64,000 nt of DNA. Origin: Candidatus Thalassospirochaeta sargassi (GTDB lineage Bacteria; Spirochaetota; Spirochaetia; UBA9216). The position numbers and the translations under genes are program-made. Below the pieces are notes generated by a model. The model did no database searches, was not told where the DNA came from, and saw only the letters and a list, made by a program, of their open reading frames with translations. How positions within the stretch are numbered: the first letter of the stretch is position 1; the number at the start of each line of letters is the position of its first letter. The stretch covers positions 14,334-78,333 of the forward strand of contig JAQQAL010000044.1 in assembly GCA_028532855.1 (NCBI GenBank), in the 5' to 3' direction. This document shows, piece by piece, positions 50,600 through 59,817 of this stretch.

Positions 50600-51427
50600 T
50601 CACTTCAGCAGTTTCTCAATAGCTTCTGCGACGCCGCCTTCGCCGTTTGATTTATCTGTAACTATCTGAGCTGCTTCTTTAACGGCCGGGATAGCGTTTG
50701 CCATTGCAACGCCTGTTCCGGCCCATTTGATCATATCCAGATCATTGGACTGATCCCCTATTGCTGCAGTTTCTTCCTGTTCAACACCGAGTTTCTCAGA
50801 TAGTTCTTTTAGTGCACCGGCCTTTGTTATCCCCTTCTGCATGACATCGGTAAGGTTGAAGTCGGACTGAGCTGATTTTATTCCGGTCTTTGAATAGATT
50901 TCATCATCTACCTTTTTCAGAACTTCCGGGATCTGCGTCAGAACCAGGATTTTATAAAATTCCTCTTCGGTTCCCAGGATGAAGTCTTTGTAATCTTCGG
51001 AAATGAGGAGTTTCACTTTTTCACGTTCGGGCAGGCTGTCGTTTTTATCAAGATAGTACTTCATCTTGTTAGTTGCATGCTCACCGAAGATTGTTTCATG
51101 AGCGTAGATGTGATAATCGGCACCGTATTCTCTGCATATCTCGACTATAGTCAGCATCTGATCTTTTGTAATCGGAGTGGATGAAAACATCTTGTTGTGA
51201 AAGGGTTCCCGTACCAGCGCGCCGTTACAGGAGATAACAGGCATCTCAATTTGCAGATCATCAAGATACGACTTAATCATTGAATCGTGTCTTCCGGTAG
51301 CTATAACAAAATAGACTCCCTGTTCTTTCAATTTTCTTACGGCTTCGATGTTTGCTTTCGGGATCTTTTTATTTGAATCAAGAAGTGTCCCATCCATGTC
51401 GCAGGCTATAAGTTTGAGTTTAGGCAT
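50600..51427 (-). CDS. Cof-type HAD-IIB phosphatase
   Basis: ACDMDGTLL, ATGR, TKA, AIGDQSNDLDM, GVAMANA. The AGGAG RBS supports ATG 51427. Confidence 0.9.
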   Translation of the reverse strand: MPKLKLIACDMDGTLLDSNKKIPKANIEAVRKLKEQGVYFVIATGRHDSMIKSYLDDLQIEMPVISCNGALVREPFHNKMFSSTPITKDQMLTIVEICREYGADYHIYAHETIFGEHATNKMKYYLDKNDSLPEREKVKLLISEDYKDFILGTEEEFYKILVLTQIPEVLKKVDDEIYSKTGIKSAQSDFNLTDVMQKGITKAGALKELSEKLGVEQEETAAIGDQSNDLDMIKWAGTGVAMANAIPAVKEAAQIVTDKSNGEGGVAEAIEKLLK

Positions 51428-51512
51428 TATGCTCTCCTGATAAGGTTGTTGTAGATAAAAAAAGCCCGGCGTGGAGCCGGACTTCATTATACATTTTTTA
51501 GCGATTACTGAT

Positions 51513-53396
51513 CTACCAGCTTCCTCCGCCGCCGCCACCGGAACCACCGCCTGAGAATCCTCCGGAAGATGAGCTGCCGCTTGATCCGCTCGATGATGGT
51601 GAAGACGTCATTGATGAGTTCATGGATTTAAAACTGGTGTTAAGAGTGCTGGTGAACGCAGCGGCGCTGAAGGTGTTGTAATGATATCCGCGGTACCAGT
51701 TCGGCGGCTCGACAGTCATTCCCTCAAAGTGGGCAGACCATTTATCGCTGAGATTAAGCACCATTGCGTAGGGGAGGATGTTGTAGAAATACTGCGGGTT
51801 TGATTCAAACATCTCTTCAAGCTTTTCTTTTTCAGCTTCCTTGATGAACTCTTTAAACCCGAGTGTTTTTTCAAGAATTCTGTCGCCATATTCTGTTCGT
51901 CGCGACATTACTGATATGAAGACGCTTGTTATAATTCCGCTGACCACTGCTGCGGCATATTTATAGATAGGTATTCCGCCGCCTGTAACTATGAAAAAGG
52001 CAAAGAAAACCAGTGAGAATCCGCCGAATAGAATGAAGAAAATTATCTTGCCGCGTCTGCCCTGTTCTCCACCTCCGCTTCCGCCTATTGCGGAGCCCAG
52101 AACAAAGGTCGGTATAATCAGAAAGAGACTGAATGGAATTGCGAATATTATTGCAATGCCCGTCTCACCTGTGAACGAAAGAAAGCCTTCCATCAGGATT
52201 GAAATAATCGGCAGGGCCGCGAAGAGGGCTGTTAGAGCGGTGAAGCCCTTGTTGCCCTTCACATATATCCTGCGATCGGGGTTGTCAGTGAAGCTTTTTC
52301 GAATATCCGTCTTCGCCTTACTTACTGATGTGTAGAATTTATTTGTGAGATCGGTGGTTGAAACTGTATTTCCGTTTCCGTATGAGAATAGCTTACTGAA
52401 TAGGGTTTTCTCATAGCTCTCGGCATCATCATCGAGTTCTTTCAGTTTTGTGAGGTGAAGGACCTTCTGTTTGAATATGGCCTTGCCCTTTGTTTCTTCC
52501 TCTATCTCAATGCAGCCCTTCTCCGCCCAGTAGATTATAAGCGATGTCACATCTTTTGAGTCTACCCTGCCGTCGATTATGTATCCTATCTCCGAGGGGG
52601 TCATTCCGTCAGGGGCTTCAAACTCAACCGCCGGAAAGAGCTTGTTGTCCCGTCCATAGCGGTACCACAGCAGGAAGGCGAGGACTATGACTATTGCGTA
52701 AAGAGGATAGCCGAGGATTTTGAACAGCAGCCAGCCCGGCGGGCGGTGGGTCTGCGCGCCTACCCAGTAGCCTTCAGGCAGGGGCAGGGCGACTGTCAGT
52801 CCCTGGTAGTTGGACAGCGGTGCGAGTGTTTTTCCGGTAATTGTGCTGCCTTTTACCTCCCATTCAACCTTCGAGTTGTCGGTTGAGCCGTAATCGCCTG
52901 AGGTGCAGTTTACATATTCCGCAGCGAAACTCTTGGGCATATTGATCCTGAAGTCGACTTCGCCAATTGTTGTGTCCCAGTCGTTGCCGATGATGTTGTG
53001 ATTAAACTCGTCCATGTCGGAAAGGTTATCGGCGCCCACATCATAGGTGTAGGAGATGGTGTAGGTGACCTTGCCGTTTACAAAAATATCGGCCGAACCT
53101 ATACGCAAGGTCGCGTAATCACGGTCCTTTTCGATGTCCACCTCATGGCCCGGTACAGAGATGTTACTTATCTTTACCCGCATACTGTCGAAGGACAGTG
53201 GGATTTTACGGTATATGCCGTGCCGCTCGGCTTGAAAATCGACATCAATAACCTCGGTAATCCGGTAGGCATTGTTTTCTTCTACGTCAATATCAACCTG
53301 GTAGTGATCGATTACAAAATATTCGTCTGCAAAGGCTGTAAAGGGTAATACTGCGAACAGCAGCAGTGATATAACCAAACATGATATATTTTTCAT
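51513..53396 (-). CDS. DUF2207 family membrane protein
   Basis: Signal peptide, RHGIYRKIP, LGFKEFI, ILPYAMVL and a C-terminal SSGGFSGGGSGGGGGGSW. Confidence 0.88.
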   Translation of the reverse strand: MKNISCLVISLLLFAVLPFTAFADEYFVIDHYQVDIDVEENNAYRITEVIDVDFQAERHGIYRKIPLSFDSMRVKISNISVPGHEVDIEKDRDYATLRIGSADIFVNGKVTYTISYTYDVGADNLSDMDEFNHNIIGNDWDTTIGEVDFRINMPKSFAAEYVNCTSGDYGSTDNSKVEWEVKGSTITGKTLAPLSNYQGLTVALPLPEGYWVGAQTHRPPGWLLFKILGYPLYAIVIVLAFLLWYRYGRDNKLFPAVEFEAPDGMTPSEIGYIIDGRVDSKDVTSLIIYWAEKGCIEIEEETKGKAIFKQKVLHLTKLKELDDDAESYEKTLFSKLFSYGNGNTVSTTDLTNKFYTSVSKAKTDIRKSFTDNPDRRIYVKGNKGFTALTALFAALPIISILMEGFLSFTGETGIAIIFAIPFSLFLIIPTFVLGSAIGGSGGGEQGRRGKIIFFILFGGFSLVFFAFFIVTGGGIPIYKYAAAVVSGIITSVFISVMSRRTEYGDRILEKTLGFKEFIKEAEKEKLEEMFESNPQYFYNILPYAMVLNLSDKWSAHFEGMTVEPPNWYRGYHYNTFSAAAFTSTLNTSFKSMNSSMTSSPSSSGSSGSSSSGGFSGGGSGGGGGGSW

Positions 53397-53950
53397 CAGA
53401 ACGATACCTTCACGTTTTCACGCTCTTCATCATCTATTTCAAAATATTCTTTCTTTTCAAGGTTCATCATTCCCGCAATTATTGAAGCAGGAAAGAGTTC
53501 GCGCTTTGTGTTGAAGCTTTTAACAACTGCGTTGTAGTATTTTCTTGACTGCAGTATGTCGTTTTCTACCGACTGCAGCTGATTCTGAAGATTTACGAAA
53601 TTCTGGTTTGCCTTAAGATCCGGATATGCCTCGCTTAATGCGAATATACTCTTAAGACCCGCGGCAAGTGTGTTTTCGTTGGATTGAAGCTCCGACATGC
53701 TGCTTGAGTTCATCGCCAAATTCCGTGCCTGAATAACCTTCTCAAGGGTGTCCTGCTCATGTTTAGCATAGCCTTTTACTGTTTCAACGAGGTTGGGAAT
53801 AAGATCCCATCGTTTTTTGAGGTAGGCGTCCATTGTGGCAAATGCCTCTTCCACCTTATTTCGCAGGCGTATAAAACCATTGTAGGTTGATACGAAGAAT
53901 CCTGCGATTGCTATAACAGCAACTATAATAATTATTAATCCGATAGACAT
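53396..53950 (-). CDS. lemA: LemA family protein
   Basis: YN..IRLRN, KRWDLIPNLVETVKGYAKHE, EAYPDLKANQNF, RKYYN. Confidence 0.95.
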   Translation of the reverse strand: MSIGLIIIIVAVIAIAGFFVSTYNGFIRLRNKVEEAFATMDAYLKKRWDLIPNLVETVKGYAKHEQDTLEKVIQARNLAMNSSSMSELQSNENTLAAGLKSIFALSEAYPDLKANQNFVNLQNQLQSVENDILQSRKYYNAVVKSFNTKRELFPASIIAGMMNLEKKEYFEIDDEERENVKVSF

Positions 53951-54043
53951 TTAAATCTCCTTTTGCCTGATTTCAGGGTATTCAGTATATCACAGCTTGG
54001 TTCGCAAGGGGTTAGCGGAAAATTAGAAAATAAAAAAGCTTCA

Positions 54044-54149
54044 CGCGCCAGGGGCAGTAGCGGCAGCGCTCAGTCCGGCAGGGCGGACCGGAGGAAGCCC
54101 GAAGCAGCCGGCCGGTTAAAGCGTCATAGCGGATGACCCGTGGGCGCCC
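54044..54149. repeat. GC-rich structured intergenic element (REP/MITE-like or ncRNA)
   Basis: About 105 nt of high GC inside AT-rich spacers. Ends can pair imperfectly (GCGCC..GGG / CCC..GGGCGC). Internal stems GTCCG/CGGAC and GTCAT/ATGAC. Confidence 0.4.
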
Positions 54150-54163
54150 TAATTATCTTTAAA

Positions 54164-54203
54164 TGTAATTACATATTGACAAATGGACATTTCGTGCTAA
54201 AAT
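54164..54203 (+). promoter_or_regulatory. Operator/promoter copy 2 (TTGACA-N16-TAAAAT with extended TG)
   Basis: TGTAATTACATATTGACAAATGGACAT, matching 48409-48435. Confidence 0.75.
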
Positions 54204-54361
54204 AACAATCGTTGGAAAATAGTAAGAAGCAGTAATAATTAACACTGTTTGGAAAAATATGTTAGACGGTTGGTGTCTTGGAAGGATACGCAGGGTTAAT
54301 CTGATCACAAACTTCAGTTCAGTATCCCGCCTTCCATGGCGGGCATTATAAGGAGAATGGT

Positions 54362-54943
54362 ATGAGTATGGAAAATCTGCAGTCGGTAATTACCGATTTC
54401 GACATGAAGAGCGGTCTTTCAAAGACCAAAGAATCACTTCAGAGAAAGCTTTCAAAGATGAAGGGCATGTACGCCGATGACGCTGCATTTGATGCTGCTG
54501 TTGCGAAGGAAGATACACTTGTGTACGAATTCTACGACATGGGTGTGCCTGAGTCTGAAAAGGAAGTTGCCTACGGCACTTCAATCACATATCCCGGCAA
54601 GGTTGGCGATGAATACTACATGACCAAGGGACATTTTCACACTGTTTTAGATACAGCTGAGGTTTATTACTGCCTGCGCGGTCACGGATACATGCTGATG
54701 GAAAACCCCGAAGGCGATTGGGAAGCTGTTGAGCTTACTCCGGGCAAGGCCGTTTATGTGCCCGGCCGATACGCTCACAGATCAATCAACGTAAGCGACA
54801 GCGAACCCCTGGTAACATTCTACGCCTTTCCCGGACATGCGGGACATGACTATGGCACGATTGAAACCAAGGGTTTCAGGAAGCTGATTGTTGAGCGTAA
54901 CGGAAGGCCCGAGATTATTGACAATCCGAAGTGGCAGTCATAA
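54362..54943 (+). CDS. Cupin-type (archaeal-like) glucose-6-phosphate isomerase family protein
   Basis: PGKVGDEYYMTKGHFH, AEVY, YVPGRYAHRSIN, AGHDYGTI...GF. Confidence 0.88.
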   Translation: MSMENLQSVITDFDMKSGLSKTKESLQRKLSKMKGMYADDAAFDAAVAKEDTLVYEFYDMGVPESEKEVAYGTSITYPGKVGDEYYMTKGHFHTVLDTAEVYYCLRGHGYMLMENPEGDWEAVELTPGKAVYVPGRYAHRSINVSDSEPLVTFYAFPGHAGHDYGTIETKGFRKLIVERNGRPEIIDNPKWQS

Positions 54944-54958
54944 GGGCTGGAGAAGAGA

Positions 54959-55879
54959 ATGGAAAAAATTCTTATTACGCCTAGATCGCTTTCAAAGAAC
55001 GGTCATCCGGCGCTTGATGATCTGCGGGATGCGGGTTATGAGGTTGTTTTTGCAACACCGGGCAAGCAGCCGACTGAAGCCGAGCTGATGGAAATACTAC
55101 CTGAATGTGTCGGTTATCTGGCAGGTGTTGAACCTGTATCGGGTGCGGTGCTTCGTAAATGTGAAAAACTGAAGGTGATAAGCAGAAACGGCGTAGGTGT
55201 AGACAATGTTGATCTGGAGGCTGCAGAGGAAAAGGGCATAATCGTAGAAAAGGCGCTGGGCACAAATTCCCGCGGCGTGGCCGAACTTGCTATAACCCTG
55301 ATGCTTTCAGGTATCCGATCCCTGCCCTACAGCGATAAACACATTAAGGCTTGCGGCTGGGAACGCCGCAAGGGTTTTGAGGTTGAGGGTAAAATCCTCG
55401 GTATTATCGGCTGCGGTCAGATAGGAAGGTATACGGCAAAGATGGCTCTGGGGCTTGATATGAAGGTTATAGCCTACGACCTGTACCCTGACGCAAACTT
55501 CAAGCCGTCGCCCGCTTTCAGCTATGCTGATGTTGAAGACATCTTCGCTCAGGCCGATATAATTTCACTGCACTGTCCTCCGGGAGAGAAGCCGCTTATT
55601 GATGCTGCAGCCCTCGACTCGATGAAGGACGGAGTATTTATAGTAAACACCGCCCGCGCGGGTCTGATTGATGAGGCTGCAGTCGTAGCCGCACTTGATT
55701 CGGGCAAGCTTTTCGGCATGGCCACGGATGTTTTTCCGAAAGAGCCGCCGGAGCCGTCTGAGATGATTGCTCATGAAAAGGTCATTACCACCCCGCATAT
55801 CGGAGGGTTTACCAACGAGAGCGTTGACCGGGCAACCCAGACTGCGGTTAATAATATCCTGAAGGTCTTAAATGACTGA
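54959..55879 (+). CDS. D-2-hydroxyacid dehydrogenase (phosphoglycerate DH-like, no ACT domain)
   Basis: SRNGVGVDNVD, GIIGCGQIG, NTARAGL, DVFPKEP, TPHIGG. Confidence 0.88.
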   Translation: MEKILITPRSLSKNGHPALDDLRDAGYEVVFATPGKQPTEAELMEILPECVGYLAGVEPVSGAVLRKCEKLKVISRNGVGVDNVDLEAAEEKGIIVEKALGTNSRGVAELAITLMLSGIRSLPYSDKHIKACGWERRKGFEVEGKILGIIGCGQIGRYTAKMALGLDMKVIAYDLYPDANFKPSPAFSYADVEDIFAQADIISLHCPPGEKPLIDAAALDSMKDGVFIVNTARAGLIDEAAVVAALDSGKLFGMATDVFPKEPPEPSEMIAHEKVITTPHIGGFTNESVDRATQTAVNNILKVLND

Positions 55880-56687
55880 GGGACTTTCTGCCGGCGGGCT
55901 TGGGCTTACATGGCTCGGCCAGGCCGGTTTTCTTGTCGAATGTGGAAAGACGAGGCTGATTATTGATGCGTATCTCTCTGATTCACTTTATGATAAATAC
56001 AAGGACAAGAAGTTTCCGCATAAGAGGATGATCCCCGTACCCTTTGCCCCAACGCAGCTGACGGATATCGATCTGGTATTCTGCACACACGGGCATACCG
56101 ACCATATGGATCCGGGGACGCTCCCGCACCTTGCCGCCGCTAACCCCGGCGGCAGGTTTGTGGTGCCCGCTTCGGAAAAGGCTAAGGCTGTGGAGCGCGG
56201 AGTGCCCGCTGACAGGCTCATTGGTCTTGATGCAGAGGGCAGCCTGTTTGACAATGCCAAATCAGGGATTGTTGTGAGGGCGATAGCATCAGCTCATGAA
56301 GAGCTTGCGACGGACTCTGAAGGCCGCAGCCTGTACCTGGGTTATGTGGTTGATATCTGCGGGCAGAGGCTTTACCATTCCGGTGATTGCATTCCTTATA
56401 CCGGACTGGCAGAGGCTTTGAAAAAACTGCATATCGATGTTGCCCTCCTGCCTGTGAACGGTCGCGATGACTACAGAAAATCTAATGGGGTTCCGGGTAA
56501 TTTTACTGTTGCTGAAGCAGCGGAACTATGTGTGAATTCAGGAATAAAGACTATAATTCCTCATCATTTCGGAATGTTTGATTTTAATACTGAAAGCCCC
56601 GAAATAATTGATGGGGTGTTGTCGGAATCTGGGCTAAATTATATGATACCCGAAGTCGGCAAATCATTAATTGTTGACAATGAATGA
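55872..56687 (+). CDS. MBL-fold metallohydrolase, UlaG-like sugar-acid lactonase
   Basis: WLGQAGF, THGHTDHMD, YHSGD, LPVNG, GN, IPHHFGMF. Confidence 0.82.
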   Translation: MTEGLSAGGLGLTWLGQAGFLVECGKTRLIIDAYLSDSLYDKYKDKKFPHKRMIPVPFAPTQLTDIDLVFCTHGHTDHMDPGTLPHLAAANPGGRFVVPASEKAKAVERGVPADRLIGLDAEGSLFDNAKSGIVVRAIASAHEELATDSEGRSLYLGYVVDICGQRLYHSGDCIPYTGLAEALKKLHIDVALLPVNGRDDYRKSNGVPGNFTVAEAAELCVNSGIKTIIPHHFGMFDFNTESPEIIDGVLSESGLNYMIPEVGKSLIVDNE

Positions 56688-56784
56688 TGTTGAACTTTCC
56701 AGTTTAATGTCATTTTGAAGTTTGCTTCGACCTACTTCAATCATGAAACCCGCGTCTATGCGGAAAAAATTTAGGAGAAATAGA

Positions 56785-57408
56785 ATGAGTGATATTTTTG
56801 AAACGATAGGCAGGATTAAACTTGTGCCGGTTGTAAAGATTGAAAATGCCAAGGATGCACCTGCGCTCGGAAACGCACTGTCTGAGGGCGGTCTGCCAAT
56901 TGCCGAGGTTACTTTCAGAACAGCAGCTGCAGAAGAGGCAATCAAGCTGATGAAGGCTGAATGTAAGGATATGCTTATCGGTGCCGGAACCGTTCTCACT
57001 GTAGAAAATGCGCAGAAGGCAATTGATGCGGGTGCCTCTTTTATTGTTTCACCGGGTTTCAACCCCGAGGTTGTAGATTTCTGTATCGCACAGGGCATGC
57101 CTGTAACTCCCGGTGTAACCAATCCTACCCAGGTTGAGATGGGGCTTTCGCGCGGGCTGAAGGTTCTTAAGTTCTTCCCGGCTGAGGCGGCAGGCGGATT
57201 GAAGATGCTTAAATCTATGGGCGCTGTTTATGATTGTATGTATATGCCTACAGGCGGAATTAATGCTTCTAATTTGAAAGAATATCTTGCATATGATAAA
57301 ATCCTTGCATGCGGCGGAAGCTGGATGGTAAAGGCTGATCTGATTTCATCGGGCAACTTTGCCGAGATTACACGGCTCACAAAAGAAGCTATGGAATTAA
57401 CAAAATAA
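56785..57408 (+). CDS. eda: KDPG/KHG aldolase
   Basis: AEVTFRT, GAGTV, FIVSPG, LKFFPAE, MPTGGI, ACGGSW. The AGGAG RBS supports ATG 56785. Confidence 0.92.
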   Translation: MSDIFETIGRIKLVPVVKIENAKDAPALGNALSEGGLPIAEVTFRTAAAEEAIKLMKAECKDMLIGAGTVLTVENAQKAIDAGASFIVSPGFNPEVVDFCIAQGMPVTPGVTNPTQVEMGLSRGLKVLKFFPAEAAGGLKMLKSMGAVYDCMYMPTGGINASNLKEYLAYDKILACGGSWMVKADLISSGNFAEITRLTKEAMELTK

Positions 57409-57476
57409 TTGAATATTCAAGTCGGCCCCTCCGGTGAGAGGCGGCCGGTTTTGTTTTTATTTAGGAAGGTTAGATT

Positions 57477-58235
57477 ATGCTGAAGGCGCTGGCGGGTAAA
57501 TCAATAGACAAGAGTATTCCTATTCCGCTGTATTTCCAGTTGAAGGAAATACTGATGGGGTATCTTGAGACCCTCGAAGACGGAGATATAATTCCTACCG
57601 AGGTTGAGCTCTGTGAGCACTTCGACATCAGTCGGCCTACTGTCCGCCAGGCGATAAATGAGCTTGTCAATGAGGGGCATATTGTCCGCCGAAAGGGTAA
57701 GGGATCATTTGTATCCCGCCAGAAGATAAGTCAGGACTTTCTTCTGGTGCTGGAGAGTTTCAATACTGAAATGCGCAATAAGGGATTTGAGTACGATACG
57801 AGCCTTGTCAGCGCAAAACTGCGCGGAGCAACGGCCGCTGCTGCTGAGATTTTCGGTATTGAGGCGGGTGATGAGCTTGTATTCATCAGCCGTCTCCGCT
57901 CTATCAACAACGAACCTATTGTTCTGGTTAATACCTGGCTTCCTGCAGACAGGTTCGCTCCAATCCTTGACTTCAACCTTGAGACTGAATCACTGTATAC
58001 TATTTTTGAGCGGGAGTTCGACTGTGTGCTGACAAATACCAAGCGCTGGCTTGAGGCACGTCTTGCCGGAGACTTCGAGGCTGAAAAGCTTGACATTTCG
58101 CCGGGTGACCCGATCCAGTATATTGAAACTGTCGCCACTGAGGGAGTCAATCCAGTTGAGTTTTCTCTTGCCTACTACCGCGGTGATAGAAACCGTTTTG
58201 CCCTGCAGGTTGCAAGGCGAGGGGTTCGGGTTTAA
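57477..58235 (+). CDS. GntR/HutC-family regulator with UTRA domain
   Basis: PLYFQLKE, PTEVEL...FDISRPTVRQA, GKGSFV, YRGDR. Confidence 0.92.
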   Translation: MLKALAGKSIDKSIPIPLYFQLKEILMGYLETLEDGDIIPTEVELCEHFDISRPTVRQAINELVNEGHIVRRKGKGSFVSRQKISQDFLLVLESFNTEMRNKGFEYDTSLVSAKLRGATAAAAEIFGIEAGDELVFISRLRSINNEPIVLVNTWLPADRFAPILDFNLETESLYTIFEREFDCVLTNTKRWLEARLAGDFEAEKLDISPGDPIQYIETVATEGVNPVEFSLAYYRGDRNRFALQVARRGVRV

Positions 58236-58413
58236 TCAGGATAACACTGTAAATAATCATTTCTTTAAAAATCTGAAATACTATCAGTCCCTTGATATAG
58301 CCTGTAAATCTCAGGAAACATATTTGATATATGGGGGGCCAGATAAGATCAATGGCAAAAGTGAAAAGCAGGAAGCAGCTTTCTGTACAGTACCCCGAAT
58401 TAAGCTATAAAGC

Positions 58414-58447
58414 GGAATTTTCAGCGTACTTTGCGGCTGAAAATTCC
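58414..58447. terminator. Stem-loop between convergent genes
   Basis: GGAATTTTCAGC...GCTGAAAATTCC, a 12-bp perfect stem. Confidence 0.55.
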
Positions 58448-58455
58448 TGGTGATG

Positions 58456-59814
58456 TTACTGCAGCTTTACCTTCTCCCACTGCACCTCAAGTTCTTCCGA
58501 TACAGTTTCAAATGCGGTTTTAATATCTGAACTTATGCTGGCCAGAAACTCACGCCTGCTTAAAGAGGCCTGAGTCTCTTTGGTATAGATTAACGGTTCT
58601 CCTGCAAGTACAGCGGCATGCTGTCCGGAAGGAGTTTTGTGGCTGCTGATTGTGCCGCCGAGGGTTCTGAACACCAGGTCTATCAGGTTTAAGATGAACT
58701 CGCAGCCTCTCCCGGCCGAGAAGGGCGGGCTGATATAGTCCATATGAATGTATTCAAGTACGTCGTAGATGCGCTCATGCCTGATGAATACCTCAGCCTT
58801 AAGCGCATTGAAATCAAGCAGTGCACGTTTCATCCGCGGCAGTGTTTCAGGGTCGGGATGCTCGGGGTAGAATGAGTCGGTGCCGGCATACCTGATTCTA
58901 AACAGCCGGTCCATATTGCTCCCCTCAGACAGCAGCCCTGCTGCTTTTTCAGCGCTGCAGAGAAGGCTTTCGCAAAGTGCGGTTATTCTCTTATCGAGTA
59001 CCTCCGGTTTCAGGCGGTCGGCGCTGACAGGCTCCGGAAGATTATACTCAGGCTCAAGCAGCGACAGGGTTCCGTCTACGGCCGCACAGAGCAGTTTGTG
59101 CAGGGGGGCGCTTTCACGGTTTTCCAGGGCTTGTCCAGTTAGCCCTTCCCATTCAGCAAGTTTATCCCTGATGAAGGCTTCAGGGGCCGCGCCATAGGTA
59201 TAGCCGAGTGCAAGCGGCACCACCATAACCGGTTTGCCGCTCTCGAGTCCCCATTTTACCAGGGAAGATGTGCCCGGGGCTATGCTGAATGTCCTGTACA
59301 TATGGTAAACAACCTGTTCTTCGGGAGCCAGTGCAATGGGAAAACGGCCTGATGCAGCCTCCCGGTGCAGAATGCTAAGCGCTTCGCGGTTGCCCGCGCG
59401 GTTCTGCACCGGAATCGCTCCTATTCGCGGGAAGAGCCAGGCGCTTATCTTTCCCGCCCAGTTTGGAACGTCTCGACCGTAGAGAAAGCGAAGGTGGCTG
59501 AGCCCGCCGTATCTCTCTATTTTACGCCGCAGCAGTTTGCTGAATGAATACATCAGAACCGGCGGGTCCTCCTTTGCGGCATGCCTGAAAACAAAGATCA
59601 GCCGGTGTTCGCCCCTGTTGAAGCCCCTCATTGCATCTATCAACCGCTCTTCATGAATAAAGCTTACCCTGGATACCCCCTCTACAAACCGGAGATAGAA
59701 ACCTCCGACACAAATAATGAATCTGCGGACGGAGGCTGAGTATGCTGGAGTAAGAAATCCGTGCCCCTTTACAGCGCGTCTGACTGCTGCCCTGTTTTTG
59801 TCTTTTTTCGCCAT
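58456..59814 (-). CDS. Phospholipid/glycerol acyltransferase (PlsC/LPLAT superfamily)
   Basis: HxxxxD motif RHAAKEDP, GAIPVQ, IALAPEE, VVPL. Confidence 0.7.
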   Translation of the reverse strand: MAKKDKNRAAVRRAVKGHGFLTPAYSASVRRFIICVGGFYLRFVEGVSRVSFIHEERLIDAMRGFNRGEHRLIFVFRHAAKEDPPVLMYSFSKLLRRKIERYGGLSHLRFLYGRDVPNWAGKISAWLFPRIGAIPVQNRAGNREALSILHREAASGRFPIALAPEEQVVYHMYRTFSIAPGTSSLVKWGLESGKPVMVVPLALGYTYGAAPEAFIRDKLAEWEGLTGQALENRESAPLHKLLCAAVDGTLSLLEPEYNLPEPVSADRLKPEVLDKRITALCESLLCSAEKAAGLLSEGSNMDRLFRIRYAGTDSFYPEHPDPETLPRMKRALLDFNALKAEVFIRHERIYDVLEYIHMDYISPPFSAGRGCEFILNLIDLVFRTLGGTISSHKTPSGQHAAVLAGEPLIYTKETQASLSRREFLASISSDIKTAFETVSEELEVQWEKVKLQ

Positions 59815-59817
59815 CTG

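Noticed and set aside
54070-54115. SRP (4.5S) RNA, suggested by GGAAG...GAAGCAGCC
   Set aside because: It lacks the CAGG-stem-GGAA-stem-AGCAG helix-8 geometry.
58051-58410. 119-aa ORF overlapping the gntR end
   Set aside because: Alternate-frame overlap with no RBS or motif.
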